Under the pieces are notes generated by a model that worked only from the letters and a program-made list of their open reading frames with translations, did no database searches and had not been told where the DNA came from. The translations under genes were made by a program, and so were the position numbers. A stretch of 64,000 nucleotides of DNA. Origin: Octopus vulgaris. Lineage: Eukaryota. The stretch is from assembly GCA_951406725.2 (NCBI GenBank), contig OX597828.1, positions 15,748,001 to 15,812,000 of the forward strand. The letters are read 5' to 3'. How positions within the stretch are numbered: the stretch's first letter is position 1; each line of letters starts with the position of its first letter. Below, in pieces: positions 27,809-41,686 of the stretch.

Positions 27809-29170
27809 GTAGCACATTTTTCTTTTATTTCAAATCGTACCTCTTCGATTCCAAATCACACAAAAGCATTTTCCCACCCTCCATCTAACACATATACACG
27901 CACACAAATACATCATATAGTTCCTACCAAACTTCTAGTTAATGAAAAGTACATATATACACACACACACTTATGTGTATATGTATTATATATACATATA
28001 TGCATGTGTATAATCCTGTGTGTGTATATTATATCAGTGTGTATTTGGAAAATAGCGGTCAAGATTACTTATAATACTTCCTCCCCCTCTTCTCTTCTTT
28101 TTTTCTCCTCCCCCTTTGTTTATCTTCATTTCTCTCTTTTTCTTTTCTTCAAATTCATCCTTTTCCTTCTGTCTCTCTCTCTTTCTTTTCTCTTTTCACT
28201 TCACCCTGCAGCCGCACCACATACACATACACATAATTATACAGTTGAGCTTTAATGTCTTTTTCCGTTGCTTTACTTTTGTTTATTACATATGTGTGTC
28301 TGCGTGTATATATATATATATATACGCGCACACACGCATATCTAATTAAACGTACGTATTATATATGTGTATGTGTGTGTATATATATGTGTGTATGTGT
28401 GAGTATATATATAACATGTATATGTGTGTATATATATATATATATTTATAATATGTATGTGTGTATATATATATAATATGTATATGTGTATATATATATG
28501 TATATGTGGGTATATGTGTATATGTATATGTGGGTATATGTGTATATGTATATGTGGGTATATATATATATTTATAATATGTATGTGTATATATATATAT
28601 ATAATATGTATGTGTATATATATATATATAATATGTATGTGTGTATATATATATATATAATATGTATGTGTGTATATATATATTTATAATATGTGTGTAT
28701 ATATATATTTATAATATGTGTGTATATATATATATATAATATGTATATATATATAATGTAATAGTAAAGCAATGGAAAAGAAACCGTCGGTTGCTGTTAT
28801 CATTTAAATTAATTTTAAATTATAAATTTGCTAGAATTATTACGAACAGTAATTTTATAAAAATTATTTTAAAATTATATTTTTGTTGTTTTTTTTTTTT
28901 AATATTTTCTTTTTAATAGAATATTTTAAGATGAAAGATCTAATACGAAAAAAAAAATCTATTAACTTTTTAAGTGTTGATAATAATAACTTCATTTGCC
29001 GAGATCGTGTCTTATTTATTATACGCAACCAGCTGTATATAACCGCATTCATCAACACTCACACACGCATGTGCCTATCTATGTATTATATTCGCCTCTC
29101 TCACTCTCTCTCTACACACGCGCGCGTATACACATTAAAGTGTGTGTTAGTGAATGAATTAACGTGCGTG

Positions 29171-29203
<33 letters not shown>

Positions 29204-29753
29204 TGGTTCGGTTTTTCTATCGAATTATTTTCATTTTCTGTATCCGATTCATTGATTTTACTTCTAAACGATTTTTTTTTCCACCACTTTTTCTCTCATT
29301 CTCTTCCTCTTACACCACAACACTTCATATTAATCTATCACCAGTGATTAAACAATATTCAGAAAAATATAAAACCCACATTTTTTTATGTAAAAAAAAT
29401 AATGATAAATAAATAAAAAGGAATTTTTAAAAAATATATTTTATCAGTGATATTATTTAATTGCATAATTTTTTTTATTTTTCCGAAGAAAAATCAGCAA
29501 CTGCGAGTCTGTCACCAGAGTTTTTCTTTTCATCTTCTTCTTACGCTTGTTTCGAAGTTGGCGTCATGTTCTTGTCTCTTTCTAGATTCTCAGCAAATTA
29601 CGCAAGAAGCAAAACATGGCAGAATTCTTGCAAGATCCATTTGGATAGTTCCCCATAGAATTTGCATTGAAATTGTTGGCAGTAATCATTCATTTCTGTC
29701 TTTGTTTTCTGCAACTGAGGAGAATCGGGAAAAGTTTATACGATTCGGCCAGG

Positions 29754-29764
29754 CAAAATGGCGG
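29754..29764 (+). promoter_or_regulatory. Consensus YY1 site, possible alternative promoter
   Basis: CAAAATGGCGG in a CpG-retaining unique region. Confidence 0.4.
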
Positions 29765-29899
29765 TTCTTAGAAATATAATAATAATAATAATAATTATTA
29801 TTATTATTAAGGAAGGGCTCTCCCCCGCTCATTGCAATCTGGTTTCATATTTATGATTTAAATAATATTTTACCAGTTTTCTCTCTTTTTATATCTTAG

Positions 29900-29908
29900 A
29901 GGTGAGAG
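29900..29908 (+). other. Candidate 9-nt microexon (AGGTGAGAG)
   Basis: Acceptor TTTTCTCTCTTTTTATATCTTAG| and consensus donor GAG|GTAAGT; the length preserves frame. Confidence 0.45.
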
Positions 29909-30272
29909 GTAAGTTACGTTGATCTGCGTAAGAAAATAAACACCGTCAAACAAAACTAGATTAAGGAACGTAAATAATATGTTAATTTCAATTTATCCGT
30001 TAGTGATTTCGAAAGAAAGAGGTTTAAAATACAAAGAAAAGATAAAAGGTTTTTTCTTTTTTTAAACATTTAAAAAAAAAAATATATTATTTACAAGAAA
30101 TCTGTACATTTAGGTTACTTGTCCTTTGAAGTACATTCAGTCGCTGCTTGTGCGTTGCCATAGTTGTTTGTCAATTAAGAAGTAGTTTAATTAATTACTT
30201 AAGAGAAACCGTTTTCTTTTCCCTCCTTCGTTCCTCTTTCATGCTTTTTTTTTTTTTCTTATTTACCACTAG

Positions 30273-30299
30273 TTGGTCAGTTGCGCTTGTTTGTTGTTG
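30273..30299 (+). other. Candidate 27-nt microexon, or 3' end of an alternative first exon
   Basis: A long T tract followed by ATTTACCACTAG| acceptor and TTG|GTAAGT donor. It preserves frame and reads (S)WSVALVCC(C) in the phase-2 frame. Confidence 0.4.
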
Positions 30300-30757
30300 G
30301 TAAGTGTTGTTGTTTAGTATTAGCGTAGAGTTTACTGAGGAAAAATCTTAGTCACCTCTGCATTTCTCTCTCTCTCTCTCTTTCTCCCCCCGTAATCACT
30401 GCATCGAAAATGTATTGGATTCTACTTTTGTATCGATTTAAAACAGCAGTATCTGTCTAGTCCCATAAATATTGATATATTTCGGTATTTCTAATCTAAT
30501 CATCACGATGACCTTACGCTAGTATTGACATCTATCTATCTATATATCTATCCATCCATCTATCTATCTATCCACCTATCTATCATGCTTATTGTTTCCC
30601 TCATCTGATGCCTCCGTGGCAAATAAATAAGTATTATTATTATTATTCTGCATCTTATTTATATTTTGTGTACGGTTATTGATTTTTGTTATTCTGGAAG
30701 CTGAGACATTTTAATGCACTTTTGGTTGCTACATTTTCTTTTTTCATGTACTAATCG

Positions 30758-30804
<47 letters not shown>

Positions 30805-33292
30805 GGTGAGAATTTTTTAGTGTAGTGGAAGGGTAAAGATAGAGTATGCTGGAATTAGATGAGAAAAGAAAGAAATAAAATAGATTCTGCTTAGATGAAA
30901 TTCTGTGGAAGGAACCCGAAATCGCGTGTGGCTGTGTCTAAACTACGATGACGACAATATCAGAACTGCTAACACCGATCTTATGTGGGTGTGTGGAAAG
31001 GAAACAGACGTTTTAATATTTTGGTAAGGTGCGTAATAAGTGGAGAAATTGCTAGGCTGCTTGCTAATAAAAATGCTAGAATTATCGGATAAAGCAGCAG
31101 AAGTGTGAGATCGAAGGTTTATAGTTTGATCATTCCGCGTAAATCATTTATATTTACACCTCCTTTAGTCCTTTTGTAATGTCAATATTTACGTCTTTCG
31201 TTCGGTGAATGTTTCCCAGTAAAATTATAATATCGAGAAATTGTTCCGTTTTTTTGTTTGTTGGTTTTTATACTTTGTTGTGCTTTTATTTTCATTCATT
31301 ATTTAAAATCTGTTAATTGTTTATTTCCGTTCTTTTTCTTCTTCTTCTTCTCTCCCTCCCTATCTGCTGCTTCTTGGCATTCGTTACCATGACGCAGTCA
31401 ATATTTTTTGACAACTTTTCCAATACTGTTATTTATGATAATTGATATGTTTATTTGTCGGAAAAAAATCCAATCTATTCCTATGTGAAATATATAAACA
31501 TCTACTGCAATACATCCACGCAAGTGATAAAGCTGTCGATGTAAAAAGAGTAATCAAAGTTGTGAAGATGCCATGGAGGATAAACTGATAACATAACATT
31601 ATTCATTTTGAAACCAAAAATTATATTTAAATAAATTTTTTGAATGACATATCTTTTTGAATAAGTTTCTAAGCAAGTTCAGTGAATTTTTTTCTTCAGT
31701 CGATCTCACGTTGCCAGATATTTGCGAACAATTCACCAACTCAGTATTGCTGAAGATAAATAGGGCGAGAGAGTGTGTTTACTGTGTGATTATTTTTAGT
31801 GAGACGACAGTAAATTAGTTTTCATTGAAAAAAAATTTTTTTTTTTCTTTCATTCAGTGACGAAATTTTATTTGGTTTCGTATTTAGTAGGTTGGAGATG
31901 GAGAACGAATACCTAGATTATTTTTTTTTAGCAATTTTAATTTTTGATTTTTTTTTAACGAAATCGTTAACGAGGAAAGAAAAGAAAAAGACAAATTAGT
32001 ATTAGTTTATCTAAATTTTAACCGTTTCTCATGATAGTTGAGTTTTACCAAACCCGGTAAATATCGATACACGCTCGACTTGTTAGGCCTCAAATCGCAG
32101 CCTTATGTCTTAGAAGACTGGAAAGTCATTGGACAATATAACCCTAGAAATATTGTTTTGAAGCAGAAACACAGGATGGTCACGGCTGGAGTGCTATGTA
32201 TCAGAGTACTTCCTGAATAGAGCTATCGACTACTTCGGCTCACATTTTAAACGATGTTCTAATGAAATGCTAAATTCGTATTTCGATCTATAAACAGTCT
32301 GTCAATGTGACAGAAATGCATAAACTTCGGTTTATCTGCTATAATTATTTACTGAAAACTTTCTCTCCGGCATGGTGACGCATCATTTGTGATCGTTTGC
32401 TATTGAATGAGTTGTAACCTTCGGAATCTTTACTACGATATTCAGTATTCAGCGAGACGGTTGTATTATTTTAATCAATCAATATCGATTGATTAAATCC
32501 TATACGATTTTTTTAAAATGACTTTTATGCTTGCATAAGTTTCTGGCTATCTCCAGCCAATTTTTTTTTTCAACAAGTCGATTTTTGTTGTTTAACCTCT
32601 CGGCAAAGCAGGACTTACCTGGGGTTTAAACAACAGCAATACTTGCTTCAACTGTTCTTTGCAAATGATATTTGCTATTTTGTTGAATCTTCCAACTCCT
32701 GTCAGATATTTAATATCGATTCGGATAAAGAATCAAGAATAAAGTCTTATTATATGAAGGTTGTATAGCCCCAGCTGATCCCCTATTTAGTAGATCTTTG
32801 ATCAAATGTACTCTGGCTTTGATCATCTCTCCTTTTCTTTATTCTCCTGGTACTGCATGTTAGGAATACTTTATCGAATATTTTTCTATTTACAAAATGC
32901 TAGAGTAAAATCTGAGGACGATTTCGCTGCTATTTCTAGCAGATCGAGCGACAGCATAGAAGTTTCCTTCTTTGAGTAAATGTATGTAGGTGAAAAGAAC
33001 AGCGAGCTGAGGTGTTAGAGAGGAGGTGATCTTGCTGATTGAATGCGAACGGTTAATGATTCATATCCTGTAACTAGTGAGACACTTAATTCCTGGAAAA
33101 GACTTTTCAGTTCAGCCAGTTGTGTGTGGCATAGAACACAACACACGTTTCATTGCTCGAAGCACCTTGTGAGTGACGAGTGCTCAAATGAACTAATTAA
33201 CACGATTCCTTCTTGCCGTGCAAAACGTACTGCCATTTAGTTGTCCTCTTGTTTGAAGGATTCTTTAATGGAAAAGAAAAAAAAAAAAAAAG

Positions 33293-33570
33293 CAGGAGTG
33301 GCTGTGTGGTAAGTAGCTTGCTAACCAGCCACATGGTTCCGGGTTCAGTCCCACTGCGTGGCATCTTGGGCAAGTGTCTTCTGCTATAGCCCCGGGCCGA
33401 CCAATGCCTTGTGAGTGGATTTGGTAGACGGAAACTGAAAGAAGCCTGTCGTATATATATGTGTGTGTGTTTGTGTGTCTGTGTTTGTCCCCCTAGCATT
33501 GCTTGACAACCGATGCTGGTGTGTTTACGTCCCCGTCACTTACCGGTTCAGCAAAAGAGACTGATAGAAC
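33293..33570 (+). mobile_element. SINE family A copy (young, 3'-truncated)
   Basis: Near-identical to the reverse complement of 137-536. Confidence 0.9.
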
Positions 33571-33814
33571 TGTTTAAAAAAAATAATTGCTAACATCCTC
33601 AAATGTCTCGAAAATTTTACAAGGACTAATGCTTACTTCTGGTTTTATGTTGCCAAGCAGATGAGTTTGTAACTTTCCTTGTAGATCTGATAAGAAGTGA
33701 GTTATGTAGTGTTATTTAGTATCTATCCCTGTACAGTGGGTTTCAACTTCAGTATTTCATTAATTTAGTTAAATAGTTTTTATATGTAACCGGTTATACC
33801 TTCTTTCTTTTATA

Positions 33815-34605
33815 TGTTTGTCTTTGGACTTTGGTCATGCTGGGGCACTTAATTAGAGTTTAACCTAATGAATCAGTCCCAATACTTATTTTAAAGTTTG
33901 GTACTTATTTCATCGGTCCCTTTAGCTGAATTGCTGAGTTGTGGGGATGTAAACAAACCAGCACCAGTTGTCAATTGGTAATAGGGGCTAGACGCACATA
34001 CAAAACGTAGAAAAATGGATGTTGAATGATGATGGTGATATACATACATGACAGACTTCCACATAGTTTCAATTTACTGAATTCACTTGCAAAGCATTGA
34101 GGGGCACAAAGCCAAACAATATCTTGTGAAGACACTTGTCCTAGGTGCCACACAGTGGGACTGAACCAGGAACCACGTGCTTGCAAAGCAAGCTTCTTAA
34201 CCACAGCCATGCTTAACACAAAGGTGTGGCTGTGTGGTAAGAATCTTGCTTCCCAACCACATGGTTCTTGGTTCAGTCCCACTGTGTGGCACCTTGGACA
34301 AGTGTCTTTTATGGCCTCAGGCTGACCAAAGACTTGTGAGTGGATTTAGTTGGCAGAAACTGAAAGAAGCGCATTGTATATATGATGTGTGTGTGTGTGT
34401 GTGTGTTTCCACCACTACTGCTTGACAACTAGTTTTGGTGTGTTTACATACTTGTAACTTAGCAGTTTGACAAAAGAGACTGACAGAATTAGTACTAAGC
34501 TTTAAAAAAATACCTACTGGGACCAATTTGTTCTACTTAAAATTCTTCAAGGTGATGCTCGAGTATTGCTGCAGTCTAATGACTGAAACAAGTAAAAGAT
34601 AAAAA
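33815..34605. mobile_element. Head-to-head inverted pair of family A SINEs (- 33815-34212, + 34222-34605)
   Basis: ...CTTAACCACAGCCATGCTT aacaca AAGGTGTGGCTGTGTGGTAAG...; both copies are CpG-decayed. Confidence 0.75.
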
Positions 34606-35364
34606 ATAAATCCTTTAGAAGAATAATGCCTGAATTATTTCAGTTCAATATTTCTTTGACTGTTTACCTCATTCTCATTTCTTGCCGATGCTGTTGTATT
34701 ATTTTCACTTGTAACTGAATGCAATTGAAGATGACATTGGAAATTCCCCCAAAACTCAACAACACATTTTCATGCCTTTTAGGAATGAATACATTCTCCC
34801 ATAATGGTCCTTTTGATATTACCTCACTTATGGTTGTCTCTAGTTTTCATCCTGTTTTAAATTCTACATATTTAACCTTGTTATATTTTCATAAGGATCC
34901 TTTTGTATTCCAAAGGACCTGGTTAATTATGCAAAACTTCAACTTTTTCTAAATTCTTATTTCTAAAATTAATTGAAACAGTATATGACTTTGTGACTAA
35001 GTTTGCTTCCCAACCATGGGGTCTTGGGTTCACCCCACTGTATGGAGCCTTGGGCATATTTCTTCTATATAGTTCTGATTGCTCAAAGGTTTGTGAGTGG
35101 GTTTGGTAAAAAAGAACTGAATGAAGCCCATTTTGTATGTGTGTGTGTGTGTGTGTATGATAGAAGGAGAAAAAACACAAAGATGAGGTTAAAAAAAAAA
35201 CCCCAAACAAACAGGGTGTATAAAGGATGATGTTAAAGTAAATTATAAGAAGTGTTTAATGTTTTGGGTATATGCTCTTTTATGGAAAGGAAAGATGAAG
35301 AGAAACAAAAAATAGAAAAGAGGTCTTTGAATTAGATGGTGAAAATGTGTGTGTGTGCAATGGC

Positions 35365-35675
35365 ATGAGAGTAATGTTAGATGACTGATCAAGAAGAAAT
35401 ATGGATCTAAATCTTCTATATACAAGGTAAACAGCAGTGCTAATGTGGATGCAATGTTCATCAATTTCAGAATATAGTAGCAATTACTTTACTCAAATTA
35501 TCAAAGAGAATTGGAAATGTTACTTCCTCTGACATTCTGTTTCAATGCTTTTATGGCTGACTAAATTATGGATGAACATGAAGGAGAGTTCATGCAGGAA
35601 TTGATAAATATTTGTTGTAGGTTCTTTGAGTTTTCACATGTTTACTTTGAGAGTTGCATACAAATCTGGATGAAT
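35365..35675. repeat. Old dispersed repeat, homologous to ~54898-55197
   Basis: Shared blocks GTTAGATGAC, AGAAGAAATAT, ATATACAAGGTAAA, TGCAATGTTCA, AATTATGGATGA and TTGAGTTTTCAC.TGTTTACTT, in the same order and spacing. Confidence 0.75.
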
Positions 35676-35724
35676 TTTTAATATACCTGTTGATTAGAGC
35701 TGGTCAAGCTATATAGCCATCACC

Positions 35725-35765
<41 letters not shown>

Positions 35766-38284
35766 ATATCCATTATCCCATCCCAGTTCAATCTGGTTGA
35801 GTCAACCTTTGGCTTGAAAGCAGCTGATCAAACATATAGGAACGGTCTGACTGAGGAATAATAACAGCTTCTGATATATAAAGATAACCAATGTGTTGGT
35901 TTTGGTTGAATTTTTAAATATCTGATCACCCTTTTCTAGCATGGCTGGTTTGTCTTTGTTTTAAATATGTTAAATTTTTCAAATGAAATTGAGAGCCATG
36001 TCTGTATATAATGTTCCTTTCTTGGCTGTATGTATTGGCTGGTCCGAGGATTTTTTTGTGTGGCTACTCATTGTAGCACATGTGTTTCTAAATGACCTGT
36101 TAGAAATAGCAGTCAAACATTCCTCCTGTCACACCTTACTGTTTTAAAAGAGGACATACTGGATAACACCATATGATCGCCTTGGACACCTTTGATTATA
36201 TAGTTCCATTTGGTAAGGGCTGAACTTGGATAAACACCTTGAGTCTGTGAGATTCAAGTGTCAGAAAGAAAGAAAAGAAAAACAGTAGAAAACTTCTTAG
36301 AAATACGTATTTATTGCTTCCTTTTCTAAATATTTTTAACCACAATATTTGTGTGTAATGTAGCTTAAATGACATTTTCCATGAAATCTGCAACTTGTCA
36401 AAGTTATACGTAATTTTTAAAAATTCATCTTTTTCTTTTCTTTCATTATGTAAAACTATAAAGTGAATTATATATATGTACTGTATTTTAATGTTTATAA
36501 GGAACCCCCTAATTCTTTGGGCTAAAAATTTTGAAAAAAAAACAGGTTTTGTAAGGGATTATAATTCTATCCATGAATAAGAAACTCCCATATTTTTTTT
36601 ACCTAATTTTTGGCAAAAAAGGGTTCCTTATACACGTTAAAATATGGTATATTATAGTGTTAAGTTCTTCATATATTGCATTTGTAAAGATTCAGTTTTC
36701 TTCTTAGTGTTATTTTAAAGATATATCGGTTTGAATTAGATCAGATGGTGATGTTGGTAAGGATAATAGGAGAACCAAACTATCCATGATCGTTAGTCTA
36801 ACAAAATATATTTTGTTTTGCCTATGGCTCTTTGGGAACTAGAAAATAATATTTAGGGAAGCTGATTTATAACCTATGACTGGAAAATAAAAATGAGAAT
36901 TTTAGGCACAGATATGGCTGTGTTGTGCAGAGTTTGATTCTCAATCACAAGGTTCCAGAATCAGTCCTACTGCATGGCTGACCAGAACCTTGTTAGTGGA
37001 TTTGGTAGATAGGAATTGAAAAAAAGCTCTTCCCATGCAGGCATGGGTTGGACAGTTTGACTGAAAACTGGTAAGTTGGGGTGGGGGACTGCATTAAGTT
37101 CTGATCTGATTTGGCAAGGTTTCTACAGCTGGATGCCATTCCTAATGCCTACCACTCAGGTGGCACATAAATATATGTATATGTGTGTTTGTGTCTGAAT
37201 TTGTTCCCCACCATCACTTGACAACTGGTATTGTTGTGTTTACATCCCTCATAACTTAGTAGTTCAGCAAAGAGACTGATAGAATAATTACCAGGCTTTT
37301 AAATAAGTATGAAAGTTAATTCACTCACCTGAAGTTTGTAAAGGTGATGCCCCAGCATGGCCACAGTCCAGTGACAGAAACATATTAAGATTTATATATA
37401 TGTACACACATAATCACGTACATACACAACAACACATCCACACATGCGTAATCATACAAGACACACACACATGCTCATATAAAACATACATATAATAGAT
37501 ATACATACAAGAATTCATATAGCTGACCATGATAGAAATTCTACTGGAAGCAATTTTATCTACATCTCTTTTTCATGTTGGTGAAAGAAATACTTTGAAT
37601 CAGCAATGCTTCTTTCTTTTCATACTAAAAAAAGACAAATAAAACACCAAAAAATCTTTGTTTAAAGAAAGAAATCATTATTTTCCTGAATAACCACTTC
37701 TGTCAGAATTGCTTTCATGAAAATTGACCTTCAGGTTTCTTGTCTTCAGCATGCATGAGATATTGCTTCAATTTTCTCTTCCTTAAATATTTTCCTTGTA
37801 TTATGGAAGTGTTTTTTATGGAGCTAATAAAAACAGTTCTTGTTACGATGCAAACCTCATGTCTCGCTTTAGTGTTTGCTCAACTCTGTCCGTTTTCATT
37901 GAGAAATATTTCTACTCATCCCTTTGTCATTCTCACCATCACATATTGTAAATGTGTGTATGTATGTATGTGAGTCTCTATCTTGCTAGAAACAACAGTA
38001 ATCTCCTTCACATCACTAATCAATATCTTACAAAGAAGAAGAAATTTTTAAATGGCCACTTTCATAATGTAGTCTAGGATGGTGTGTTTGATGAGAGCTG
38101 ATTGAGTGTTAGACAAAAATAACAAATATTCTTGTGCTTATTATAAATTGGTACTAAGCATATAAATGCTTTATTTACTTTGCTTCCTATCTTCATTAAG
38201 GAATTATCAAATGATGGAAACAATGTTTAAAGATTTGGCATCAGATTTTGGTTAGTAACGTTTTTTTTTCCTGAATATTTTTTT

Positions 38285-38443
38285 TCTTTTTCTTTTACTT
38301 GTTTCAGTCATTTGACTGCGGCCATGCTGGAGCACCGCCTTTAGTCGAGCAAATCGACCCCGGGACTTATTCTTTGTGAGCCCAGTACTTATTCTATCGG
38401 TCTCTTGTTGCTGAACCGCTAAGTGACGGGGACGTAAACACAT

Positions 38444-38492
<49 letters not shown>

Positions 38493-38657
38493 TATATACG
38501 ACAGGCTTCTTTCAGTTTCCGTCTACCAAATCCACTCACAAGGCTTTGGTCGGCCTGAGGCTATAGTAGAAGACACTTGCTCAAGATGCTACACAGTGGG
38601 ACTGAACCCGGAACCATGTGCTTGGTTAGCAAGCTACTTACCACTCAGCCACTCCTG
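38285..38657 (-). mobile_element. SINE family A copy (relatively young)
   Basis: High similarity to 137-536, with most CpGs retained. Confidence 0.9.
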
Positions 38658-38911
38658 TAAATATACAGGAAAAAATAAAAAATTATAAAATGTATTAAGT
38701 TTGTGCAGAAGCTTCTCAGCAGTAATTCATCAAGTTGAATTGAGTGACCACATCTCTGAGCAAGCTCCTTAGATACCTTGAACAATGCCATGCATTATAA
38801 AAAGGGTAAAGACCCACTTCGAATGATCATGGGTTGCACTTAAAAAGTTCTCCTGAGGCACAAGCCTGGGCAAGATTGTTTATGGAAGACTAGCAGTCAC
38901 CCATGCATACC

Positions 38912-39908
38912 AGCCTCCCCTCTTCACACCACCAGTGTTATCTAAGGGGAAGGCAAAGACCGATACAGCTTCATACCAGTGCTGTTGCAACTCATTTCTA
39001 CAGCTAAGTGAACTGGAGCAACGTGAAATAAAGTGTCTTGCTCAAGAACATAATACACAGCCAAGTCAAGGAATTGAACTCACTACCTCATGATTGTGAG
39101 CCCGACACTCTAACCACTGAGCCATGCACCTTCATGCATTATATGAATGATATAAAAAAAATAATTGACAGGAATTCCTTACATGAAGCTAAACAGCAAT
39201 GGATTCTACAAACTATTTTATCAATTTTCTCTACCCATGCCAGCTTGGAAAATAGGCATTAAATGATCATGATTCACACACACACACGTGTGTGCAAATT
39301 TGACTGTGTGGTTAAGGAGTTTACTTTCCAATGACCTGATTTGGGGTTCAGTCCCACTACATGACACCTAGGACAAGTTTCTTCTCTATAACACTAGGCT
39401 GACCAAAGCCTTGTGAGTGGATTTGGTTGATGGAAACTGAAACAGGTTTGTGTGCATGTGTGTGCACATGCACACAAACACACATGCATATATAGTTCAA
39501 ATTTACAGAAAGCAAAAGATGAAGACAAGTGAAAGAAAAACAAGCAGGAGTATTATTTCAACACTCAAGAAGAATGGAAAAGTCATCGACATTTTGAGCC
39601 TATGCTCTTTGACAGAAAGAACTGAGAGAGAGAAAAATGTGTTGGGATTAACGGTTCAACATGATGAAATATATACATATTTTTGTAATCTCTTTGTCTT
39701 GACAATACAGGTCATTCGTAAATGAGTGTCACTGTTGTACAAACTGTGTCATTCGTTTCCAATATTCTGTGTAAACTTGTCTGGCCATGGGAAAATATTA
39801 CTTGACTTGGGAACAGGTGAGAGTTGGGATAGGAAGGGAATCCAACTGTAGAAAATCTGTCCCAATAAACTCTGTCTAACCCATATATCAGAGGGCATGA
39901 AAATGATG

Positions 39909-39943
<35 letters not shown>

Positions 39944-41121
39944 TAGAGAAAAACCACTATTATGTAATTCAAACACTGATAGACATAGACCATATCATAT
40001 AGAAAAAATAAAATATATTATAAAACATCTAGATATATGTTTTATATATGTTATCTAGGTAAATGTTTTATCATATATTTTATTTTTTCTATATGATATG
40101 GTTTATGTCTATCATTGTTTGAATTACATAATAGCCTCCCTCTTCACACCACCAGTGTTATCTAAGGGGAAGGCAAAGACCGATACAGCTTCATACCAGT
40201 GCTGTTGCAACTCATTTCTACAGCTAAGTGAACTGGAGCAACGTGAAATAAAGTGTCTTGCTCAAGAACATAATACACAGCCAAGTCAAGGAATTGAACT
40301 CACTACCTCATGATTGTGAGCCCGACACTCTAACCACTGAGCCATGCACCTTCATGCATTATATGAATGATATAAAAAAAAAATAATTGACAGGAATTCC
40401 TTACATGAAGCTAAACAGCAATGGATTCTACAAACTATTTTATCAATTTTCTCTACCCATGCCAGCTTGGAAAATAGGCATTAAATGATCATGATTTCAC
40501 ACACACACGTGTGTGCAAATTTGACTGTGTGGTTAAGGAGTTTACTTTCCAATGACCTGATTTGGGGTTCAGTCCCACTACATGACACCTAGGACAAGTT
40601 TCTTCTCTATAACACTAGGCTGACCAAAGCCTTGTGAGTGGATTTGGTTGATGGAAACTGAAACAGGTTTGTGTGCATGTGTGTGCACACAAACACACAT
40701 GCATATATAGTTCAAATTTACAGAAAGCAAAAGATGAAGACAAGTGAAAGAAAAACAAGCAGGAGTATTATTTCAACACTCAAGAAGAATGGAAAAGTCA
40801 TCGACATTTTGAGCCTATGCTCTTTGACAGAAAGAACTGAGAGAGAAAAATGTGTTAGGATTAACGGTTCAACATGATGAAATATATACATATTTTTGTA
40901 ATCTCTTTGTCTTGACAATACAGGTCATTCGTAAATGAGTGTCACTGTTGTACAAACTGTGTCATTCGTTTCCAATATTCTGTGTAAACTTGTCTGGCCA
41001 TGGGAAAATATTACTTGACTTGGGAACAGGTGAGAGTTGGGATAGGAAGGGAATCCAACTGTAGAAAATCTGTCCCAATAAACTCTGTCTAACCCATATA
41101 TCAGAGGGCATGAAAATGATG

Positions 41122-41156
<35 letters not shown>

Positions 41157-41347
41157 TAGAGAAAAACCACTATTATGTAATTCAAACACTGATAGACATA
41201 GACCATATCATATAGAAAAAATAAAATATATTATAAAACATCTAGATATATGTTTTATATATGTTATCTAGGTAAATGTTTTATCATATATTTTATTTTT
41301 TCTATATGATATGGTTTATGTCTATCATTGTTTGAATTACATAATAG
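38912..41347. repeat. Tandem duplication of a ~1.22-kb unit (~38912-40132 / ~40133-41347)
   Basis: Near-identical blocks from AGCCTCCC TCTTCACACCACCAG to GAATTACATAATAG. Duplicated ORFs at 39749-39976 and 40962-41189 have identical translations. Confidence 0.95.
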
Positions 41348-41364
41348 TGGTTTTTCTCAAATTT
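41153..41364. repeat. Fold-back inverted repeat, ~89-bp arms
   Basis: AAATTAGAGAAAAACCACTATTATGTAATTCAAACA... pairs with ...TGTTTGAATTACATAATAGTGGTTTTTCTCAAATTT. A truncated twin lies at 39940-40134. Confidence 0.85.
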
Positions 41365-41427
41365 ATATATACTAAATTGAATTTTTCCTGTAAATTTGGA
41401 GTTATGCTCCCTAATATTATTATCATA

Positions 41428-41513
<86 letters not shown>

Positions 41514-41516
<3 letters not shown>

Positions 41517-41686
41517 CAAAAGAAGAATACAGTGTACGTTCAAACACAAAAGAGATACCCGAAGAATAGTATATCTGACTCGCTAGAAAGAGCAGTTAAA
41601 ACTCCAAGCTCTTTCTAGCGAGTCAGATATCCTATTCTTCGGGTATCTCTTTTGTGTTTGAACGTACACTGTATTCTTCTTTGAAT
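41514..41686. repeat. Near-perfect hairpin, ~80-bp arms, 14-nt loop
   Basis: 41514-41593 versus 41608-41686, with one mismatch and one 1-nt indel. Confidence 0.95.

Noticed and set aside
41555-41615. CCGAAGA...GAAA inside the 80-bp hairpin as a hammerhead
   Set aside because: Stem I cannot form, and the apparent stem III is only the palindrome itself.
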